A stretch of DNA of 64,000 bases from Flaccisagitta enflata (Eukaryota): NCBI GenBank assembly GCA_965153355.1, contig OZ231126.1, positions 33,666,001-33,730,000 of the forward strand. Reading direction: 5' to 3'. Position 1 is the stretch's first letter; each line of letters starts with the position of its first letter. The translations under genes and the position numbers were made by a program. The notes below the pieces were generated by a model. It was not told where the DNA came from. It saw nothing but the letters and a program-made list of their open reading frames with translations, and did not search any database. Shown one piece after another: positions 48,875 through 64,000 of the stretch.

Positions 48875-50673
48875 TTAGTCGCGTGCACGCGACTCTACAA
48901 CCCGCTTTGTCCGTCGGTCGGTTGGTCGGTCGGTCGGTCGGTTGGTTGGTCACACTTTACTTTTTTTATTAATTTTATTTCTATAAGTCATTTTTAGTCA
49001 TTTTTAGTCATTTCTAGTCATTCTAAGTCATTCTAAGTCATTTTAAGTCATTCTAAGTCATTCTTAGTCATTTTAAGTCATTATTGTCATTTTAGTCAAT
49101 ATAGTCCTTTTCATCATTTTAAGTCATTCTAAGTCATTTAAAGTTATTTTAAGTCATTTCAAGTGATTTTAAGTCATTTCAAGTGATTTTAAGGCATTTT
49201 AAGTCATTCCAAGTCATTTTAAGTCATTATTATCATTTTAGTCAATATAATCATTTTCATCATTTTAAGTCATTTTAAGTCATTCGAAGTCATTTTATGT
49301 CATTATAAGTCATTATACATCATTTTAAGTCATTTTTAGTCATTCTAAGTCATTCTCAGTCATTTTAGTCATTTTAGTCAATATAGTCATTTCACTTTTT
49401 ATTTACATAATTATAGGTAATTATAGGTCATTATGCAATTTTGGGTAATCATAGGTAATTATAGGTCATTAAAGGTCACTATGCAATTACAGGTTATATA
49501 GGTTATATAGGTAATCATAGGTCATTGTAGGTAATTATAGGTAATTATAGGTCATTATGTAATTATAGGTCATTATAGGTCATTATAGGTTATTATGCAA
49601 TTATAGGTCATTATTGGTAATCATAGGTCAGTATGTAATCATAGGTAATTATAGGTAATTATAGGTGATTATAGGTAATTATAGGTAATTACAGGTAATT
49701 ATAGGTCATTATATAATTATAGGTCATTATAGGTCATTATTAGGTCATTATAGGTCATTACAGGTCATTATAGGTCATTATTGGTAATTATAGGTCATTA
49801 TGTAATAATAGATAATCATAGGTAATTAAAGGTAATTATAGATCATTATAGGTAATTATAGGTCATTATGTAATAATAGGTAATTATAGGTCATTTTAGA
49901 TAATTATAGGTAATCAAAGGTCATTATGAAATTATGGGTAATCATAGGTAATCAAAGGTCATTAAAGGTAATTATAGGTCATTATGTAACAATAGGTAAT
50001 TATAGGTAATCATAGGTCATTATAGGTAATTATATGTAAATAAACAATTATAGGTAATTATAGGTCAATATTCAATTTTAGGTAATTATAGCTAATCATA
50101 GGTAATTATAGGTAATTATAGGTCATTATGCAATTACAGTTTATTATAGGTAATCATAGGTAATCAAAGGTCATTAAAGGTCATTATGTTATTAAAGGTA
50201 GTTATGGGTAGTTATGGGTAATCATAGGTCATAATAGGTAATTATTGGTCCATATGTAATTATAGGTAATCATAGGTCTTTATAGGTACTTATAGGTCAT
50301 TATTTAATTATGGGTAATTATAGGTAATTATGGGTAACTATAGGTAATCATTGGTCATCATAGGTAATTATAGATCATTATGTTATTATAGGTAATTGTG
50401 GGTAATTTTGGGTAATCATACCTCATTATAGGTAATTATTGGTCCATATGTAATTATAGGTAATCACAGGTCTTTAAAGGTACTTATAGGTCATTATTTG
50501 ATTATGGGTAATTATAGGTAATCATAGGTAATTATAGGTAATCATAGGTCATTATAGGCAATTATAGGTCAATAGGTAATTATGGTCATTATCATCATTA
50601 CTGGAAATAACGTACTTAAATAATTAGGCGATTATGTAAGTCTCGCACGCGACTTATAGGTGTTGGCCTTGTT
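48875..50673 (+). mobile_element. HINE-like family 2 element carrying two ~10-bp satellites, (AAGTCATTTT)n then (ATAGGTAATT)n
   Basis: 5' agtcgcgtgcacgcgact perfect palindrome plus (GTCG)n; 3' gcacgcgacttataggtgttggccttgtt nearly identical to the end of 7970-9443. Confidence 0.8.
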
Positions 50674-52390
50674 CATATAAACTTTGAATGTCGTCATTTC
50701 AACAAAAACCAGATAACCTTGACAATTTTTTTTATTCCTACCCGCTGTTTGGTTCAATCCTTTCATGGTCATAAACGAAATCAATTTTTTAGTTACTGCA
50801 AAAATTCCTCCAAGGTTCATGTGTTCTTTGGGGATTTTAAAGTGAGTGAATGCCTGAAGGATGATGTTGTATGATCATGGTACTTTGCTGTTATTCAGAG
50901 ATTTGATTCTGTGCTTGCTTGAAGTTAAAATCAATATGTCATGTTTGAGATTATCATTGAGCGTCCTGATGCCACTTGGTCAGTCACGGGTTATTCCAGA
51001 CGAGCCTATCATAATATGATTCATATAGCTGGTTGAACTGAATGTCAAGTGTCAACTCACGACAGTCATGACTTGATGTTATTGGATTCGATTTCATTTG
51101 TATTTTTAGGAGTTTTGTCATCCTTAGTTTAACTTTGATTTTTTTAAACTACCTTAGATTTATGTAACTTTGGTAACCATTTTTGAATCTATTCTTGTCA
51201 AGGATAATGGTATATTTTTAAGTGCGTCCTTGCACTTTTAAGCGGTCATGTCCGCCAGACAATTGGTCGGTCAGTCATGCAAACGTTTGAAATGCGCAAA
51301 ATGGCTGATTTTGACGTATTTCTTCATTCCTATCACCTTTCATGCCCCACCACATTCATATTCATTCATTCAATCATTCATTCATTCATTCATTTATATA
51401 TTCATTCATTCTTTATAAAGCCAAAAGAAAAAGAAACATTCATAGGTAGTGATCATCTGTGTCATTTAATTTCCAATGACCATCGTTGTGGCCATGACGA
51501 TGATAATCTCAAAAGACATAAATGAAGTGATGAAAATTGTAAGAGATGAAAATCGCATGAGTTGTGATAAGCATGACGACAAGAGTATATGACGACAAGA
51601 GTATATGATGTTGATCATCAGAGATCTGCACGGGTATTTAACGATGAGTAGCTGGTGTAACCATCCTCCAGTTGGCGGAACAATCTTGATGACAATGATG
51701 AAGATCTTGTTCTCAATGATCATTATGATAGCGATCTTGATGATAGTGATGATGATGATGATGATCATGATGATAGTGATAATTATAATCATAATGATTG
51801 TAATGATCATAAAACCGATGATCATGACAATCATGATGGTGATATAGATGGTGTTCATGATAGTGCTGAAGATGATGATCATGATAGTGATGATGATGAT
51901 GATGATCACAATAGCGATGATGATCATGATAGTGATGATGATCGTGATTCATTATAGAGATGATGATCATGATTGTGATGATGATGATAGTGATGATCAT
52001 GATGATGATAACTAAGGTAGTAACGATGATGATCACGATGATTGTGATCATGATGATGTTCTTCATCCTCATAAGTGTGATGCTCTTTCTCTTTATCTTT
52101 ACGATTCTTCTGATTGGCGGAATGATCATCTGCAAATCCTCGTAGGCAAAGCCTTTCCACCAACATCCAACCTGTTGAAATCAAGATAGTGGTGAATATG
52201 ATGAATATGATGATCATGATAGTAATTATGACCATGATAGTGAGGATGATCACGATAGTGAAGATAATCATGATAATGATGATCATAATGATGGTAGTGA
52301 TGATCATCATGATGATGATCATGATAGGGATGATCATGATAAGGATGATCATGATTGTGATGCTTTCTCTGTATGACTACATTTTCACAG

Positions 52391-53893
52391 TCCTGGTTGT
52401 GATCGTTGGATGATCAATAGTCCTGGTTGTGATTGTTGGATGATCAAGAGTCCTGGTTGTGATCGTTGGATGATCAAGAGTCCTGGTTGTGATCGTTGGA
52501 TGATCAAGAGTCCTGGTTGTGATCGTTGGATGATCAAGAGTCCTGGTTGTGATCGTTGGATGATCAAGAGTCCTGGTTGTGATCGTTGGATGATCAAGAG
52601 TCCTCAGATTTGATCGTTGGATGATCAGAAGTCTGGTTGTGATCGTTGGATCAAGAGTCCTGGTTGTGATCGTTGGATGATCAAGAGTCCTGGTTTGTGA
52701 TCGTTGGATGATCAAGAGTCCTGGTTTGTGATCGTTGGATGATCAAGAGTCCTGGTTGTGATCGTTGGATGATCAAGAGTCCTGGTTGTGATCGTTGGAT
52801 GATCAAGAGTCCTGGTTGTGATCGTGGATGATCAAGTCCTGGTTGTGATCGTTGGATGATCAAGAGTCCTGGTTGTGATCGTTGGATGATCAAGAGTCCT
52901 GGTTGTGATCGTTGGATGATCAAGAGTCCTGGTTGTGATCGTTGGATGATCAAGTCCTGGTTGTGATCGTTGGATGATCAAGAGTCTGGTTGTGATCGTT
53001 GGATGATCAAGAGTCCTGGTTGTGATCGTTGGATGATCAAGAGTCCTGGTTGTGATCGTTGGATGATCAGAGTCCTGGTTGTGATAGTTGGATGATCAAG
53101 AGTCCTGGTTGTGATCGTTGGATGATCAAGAGTCCTGGTTGTGATCGTTGGATGATCAAGAGTCCTGTTGTGATCGTTGGATGATCAAGAGTCCTGGTTG
53201 TGATCGTTGGATGATCAAGAGTCCTGGTTGTGATCGTTGGATGATCAAGAGTCCTGGTTGTGATCGTTGGATGATCAAGAGTCCTAGTTTGTGATCGTTG
53301 GATGATCAAGAGTCCTGGTTTGTGATCGTTGGATGATCAAGAGTCCTGGTTGTGATCGTTGGATGATCAAGAGTCCTGGTTGTGATCGTTGGATGATCAA
53401 GAGTCCTGGTTGTGATGGTTGGATGATCAAGAGTCCTGGTTGTGATCGTTGGATGATCAAGAGTCCTGGTTGTGATCGTTGGATGATCAAGAGTCCTGGT
53501 TGTGATCGTTGGATGATCAAGAGTCTGGTTGTGATGGTTGGATGATCAAGAGTCCTGAATTGTGATGGTTGGATGATCAAGAGTCCTGGTTGTGATCGTT
53601 GGATGATCAAGAGTCCTGGTTGTGATCGTTGGATGATCAAGAGTCCTGGTTGTGATTGTTGGATGATCAAGAGTCCTGGTTGTGATCGTTGGATGATCAA
53701 AGTCCTGGTTGTGATCGTTGGATGATCAAGAGTCCTGGTTGTGATCGTTGGATGATCAAGAGTCCTGGTTGTGATCGTTGGATGATCAAGAGTCCTGGTT
53801 GTGATCGTTGGATGATCAAGAGTCCTGGTTGTGATTGTTGGATGATCAGGAGTCCTGGTTGTGATCGTTGGATGATCCAGTCCTGGTTGTGAT
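52391..53893. repeat. 30-bp minisatellite (tcctggttgtgatcgttggatgatcaagag)n, about 50 copies; diverged variant at ~54900-55340
   Basis: Exact 30-bp periodicity visible in the lines 52441-52600. Confidence 0.95.
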
Positions 53894-53919
53894 CATGAAA
53901 GTGATGATCTCTTTTTTCA

Positions 53920-54013
<94 letters not shown>

Positions 54014-54472
54014 ACATAGAATGATCCTCCAAACTGGAGGAACGATCCTCCAAACTGGAGGAACGATCCTCCAAACTGGAGGAGCGATCCTCCAAACTGG
54101 AGGAGCGATCCTCCAAACTGGAGGAACGATCCTCCAAATTATTAAAAAGATCCAAATTGCATCTCTAAATCCCCTGTAAAACCCCAGCCAATAAGCCCCA
54201 ACCATTCCAATTTTATTTTGGAGGAACACAGAAAGAGATATAGTGTGAGTTCCTCCAATATTATCCTCCAAATTGGAGGAACGATCCTCCAAATTGCTAG
54301 AATGATCCAAATTGCATTTCTAAATCCCCTTTTAAACCCCAGCCAATAAGCCCCAACCATTCCAATTTTATTTTTGGAGGAACTCAGAAAGAGATATAGT
54401 GCGAGTTCCTCCAATTTTATCCTCCAAATTGGAGGAATGATCCTCCAAATTGCTAGAATGTTCCAAACTGCA

Positions 54473-54536
<64 letters not shown>

Positions 54537-56502
54537 CTCATTCTCTCTCTATCCTCCAAATAGGTCTGTCTGTTGGTCAGCTGTTTACTTTAAGACATTG
54601 AGGAACTGTATCATCTCATCACCACTACCTTAAGGCCTTTCACTCATTGGCGGCCAATTTACAGGTCTTTGGTCTCTTATCTCATTATTGGATGATCTGG
54701 ACTCTAGATAAGGAATATTAGTTGATAGATAAGGATTATTGGTTGATCGTGACTGTTATAAATGATCAAAGCTACCATTGGATGGTCAGCACTCTTGATC
54801 CTGACCATTGCATGTTTAAGACTTCCTACTGCGATTATTAGATGATCAGGACTAGTGACTGAGATCATTGAAACACCATGACTCCTGCCCATGATCATCG
54901 GATGATCACGACTCCAGGTCAAGATCATCGGATGATCACAACTCAGTCATGATCATCGGATGATCAGTATTCTTGGTCATGATCGTCCGATGATCAGGAC
55001 TCCTGGTCATGATCATCTGATGATCAGGACTCCTGGTCATGATCATCTGTTGATCAGGACTCCTGGTCATGATCATCTGGTGATCAGGACTCCTGGTCAT
55101 GATCATCTGATGATCAGGACTCCTGGTCATGATCATCCAATGATCAGGGTCATGATCATTCAATGATCAGGATTCCTGGTCATGATTATCAATCTGATCG
55201 TTGGATGATCAAGAGTCCTGGTTCTGATCATTAGATGATCAAGAGTCCTGGTTGTGATCATCGGATGATCAAGAGTCCTGTTTATGATCATGATCAAGTC
55301 CATGATCATCTAGGATGATCAAGAGTCCTGTTCATGATCATAAAAGTGATGATTATGATAGTAATGAAGATGATGATTATGAAAGTGATGAAGATGATTA
55401 TCATGATAATGATAGTGATTTTATAGTGATGATGATGATCATGATAGTGATGTTCATGATGATGATGATGATGATTGAAATGATGATCGTGAAAGTGATG
55501 GCGATGTCTTTTTCTCTTTCGATTTCTGTTTCTTTGTCTCTCTGTTTCTATCTCTCTCCTACTTAAAACGATCCTCCAAACTGGAGGAACGATCCTCCAA
55601 ACTGGAGGAACGATCCTCCAAACTGGAGGAACGATCCTCCAAACTGGAGGAACGATCCTCCAAACTGGAGGAACGATCCTCCAAACTGGAGGAACGATCC
55701 TCCAAACTGGAGGAACGATCCTCCAAACTGGAGGAACGATCCTCCAAACTGGAGGAACGATCCTCCAAACTGGAGGAACGATCCTCCAAACTGGAGGAAC
55801 GATCCTCCAAACTGGAGGAACGATCCTCCAAACTGGAGGAACGATCCTCCAAATTGCTAAAATGACCCAAATTGCATTTCTAAATCCCCTTTTAAACCCC
55901 AGCCAATAAGCCCCAACCATTCCTATTTTATTTTGGAGGAACTCAGAAAGAGATATAGTGAGAGTTCCTCCAATATTATCCTCCAAATTGGAGGAACGAT
56001 CCTCCAAATTACTAAAATCATCCAAAATGCAATTCTAAATCCCCTATTAAACCCCAGCCAATAAGCCCCAACCATTCCAATTTTATTTTGGAGGAACTCA
56101 GAAAGAGATATAGTGAGAGTTCCTCCAATATTATCCTCCAAATTGGAGGAACGATCCTCCAAATTACTAAAATCATCCAAATTGCAATTCTAAATCCCCT
56201 ATTAAACCCCAGCCAATAAGCCCCAGGAACTCAGAAAATTTTTATTTTGGAGGAACTCAGAAAGAGATATGGTAAAGGGAAGTTCCTCCAATATTATCTG
56301 CTCCAAATTGGAAGACAATCCTCAAATTGCTAGAAAGAATCATCAGAAATTTTAATTCTAAATCTATTAAGCCAGCCAATAGCCCCAACCATTCCAATTT
56401 TATTTTGGAGGAACTCAGAAAGAGATATAGTGAGAGTTCCTCCAGTTTTATCCTCCAAATTGGAGGAACGATCCTCCAAATTGCTAGAATGATCCAAACT
56501 GC

Positions 56503-56578
<76 letters not shown>

Positions 56579-57431
56579 ATGGAGAACAATCCTCCAAACT
56601 GGAGGAACGTTCCTCCAAACTGGAGGAACGTTCCTCCAAACTGGAGGATCGTTCCTCCAAACTGGAGGATCGTTCCTCCAAACTGGAGGATCGTTCCTCC
56701 AAACTGGAGGATCGTTCCTCCAAACTGGAGGATCGTTCCTCCAAACTGGAGGATCGTTCCTCCAAACTGGAGGAACGTTCCTCCAAACTGGAGGAGGCCT
56801 CCTCCAACTTTTCGGTGTGAGAAAATTGGGGTTTTTGGTTGAAACTTGGTATGTAGTCTCTATATGAAAGGTTTCAACATATGAATTTGATTTATAAAGA
56901 TTTTAGCATGCTAACCGGCCAAACCAGTCTGCCACCCAACCAGCTTACTGGCCTAAAAGTGAAACACGTGCATAACTTTGGTATTTTTCAACCAATTTGG
57001 TTAAAATTGGTATGTAGTCTCTAAATGGAAGGACTCAACACATGAATTTGATTCATAAAAATTTTAGCATGCTAACCGGCCAAACTGGCCTACCACCCAA
57101 CCAGCCAACCAGCCTAAAAAGTGAAAAATGTGCATAACTTTGACATTTTTCAACCGATTTGATTTAAACTTGTTATGTATTCTCTAAATGGAAGGATTCA
57201 ACATATGTATTTGATTTGTAAAGATTTTAGAATGCTAACTGGCCAAACCGCCGTATGACTTCACTGTTTAACAACACCGCTTGACAACGCCGTTTGACAA
57301 CGCTGTTTGACAAGGCCATTTGACAACGCCGTATGACAACGCTGTTTGACAGCGCCGTTTGACAGCCGTTTGACAACGCCGTTTGACAACGCCGTTTGGC
57401 AACGCCGTTTGACAACGCCGTTTGACCCCAG

Positions 57432-64000
<6,569 letters not shown>

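Larger units (their letters stand above)
42237..56836. mobile_element. ~14.6-kb non-coding composite insertion with short imperfect TIRs, GGTTGA target duplication and subterminal 21-bp palindromic arrays
   Basis: ggttga at 42230-42235 and 56837-56842; ends aaaaacccttgacttctca / tgagaaaattggggttttt; it interrupts a 118-bp repeat unit. Confidence 0.6.

Noticed and set aside
52391-53893. 30-bp and 21-bp arrays as possible CRISPR arrays
   Set aside because: Head-to-tail units with no unique spacers, no cas genes, eukaryotic context
42237-56836. Autonomous Polinton/Maverick or endogenous virus
   Set aside because: No pPolB, integrase, ATPase or capsid ORFs and no long TIRs; kept only as an unclassified non-coding element

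Overview
Repeat- and microsatellite-rich animal genomic DNA (spliceosomal GT-AG introns and an innexin, so most likely a non-vertebrate metazoan; the species cannot be named from the sequence). Most ORFs in the supplied track are translations of simple repeats. By splicing exons by hand with phase checks I find: (1) two tandem copies of the 5' part of an ABCB6/HMT-1-type ABC half-transporter on the minus strand, within a near-identical duplication offset by about 14 kb, with the right copy breaking off after exon 6 and lacking an ATPase domain; (2) a complete 4-exon innexin (547 aa) with an unusual His/acidic insert; (3) a 3-exon, ~1116-aa low-complexity polyQ orphan gene; (4) a plus-strand orphan gene at 36.1-41.3 kb; and (5) a plus-strand gene running off the right edge that encodes two tandem globin-fold-like domains lacking the heme-ligating histidines. 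Genes (4) and (5) can be joined in phase across a 16-kb intron. That interval holds a ~14.6-kb non-coding element with a 6-bp target duplication and palindromic subterminal repeats. Introns and intergenic DNA are full of non-autonomous Helentron-like (HINE/DINE-1-type) elements, some carrying satellites, and hAT- and Tc1-type MITEs. All homology calls come from my recall of family motifs, not from database searches.
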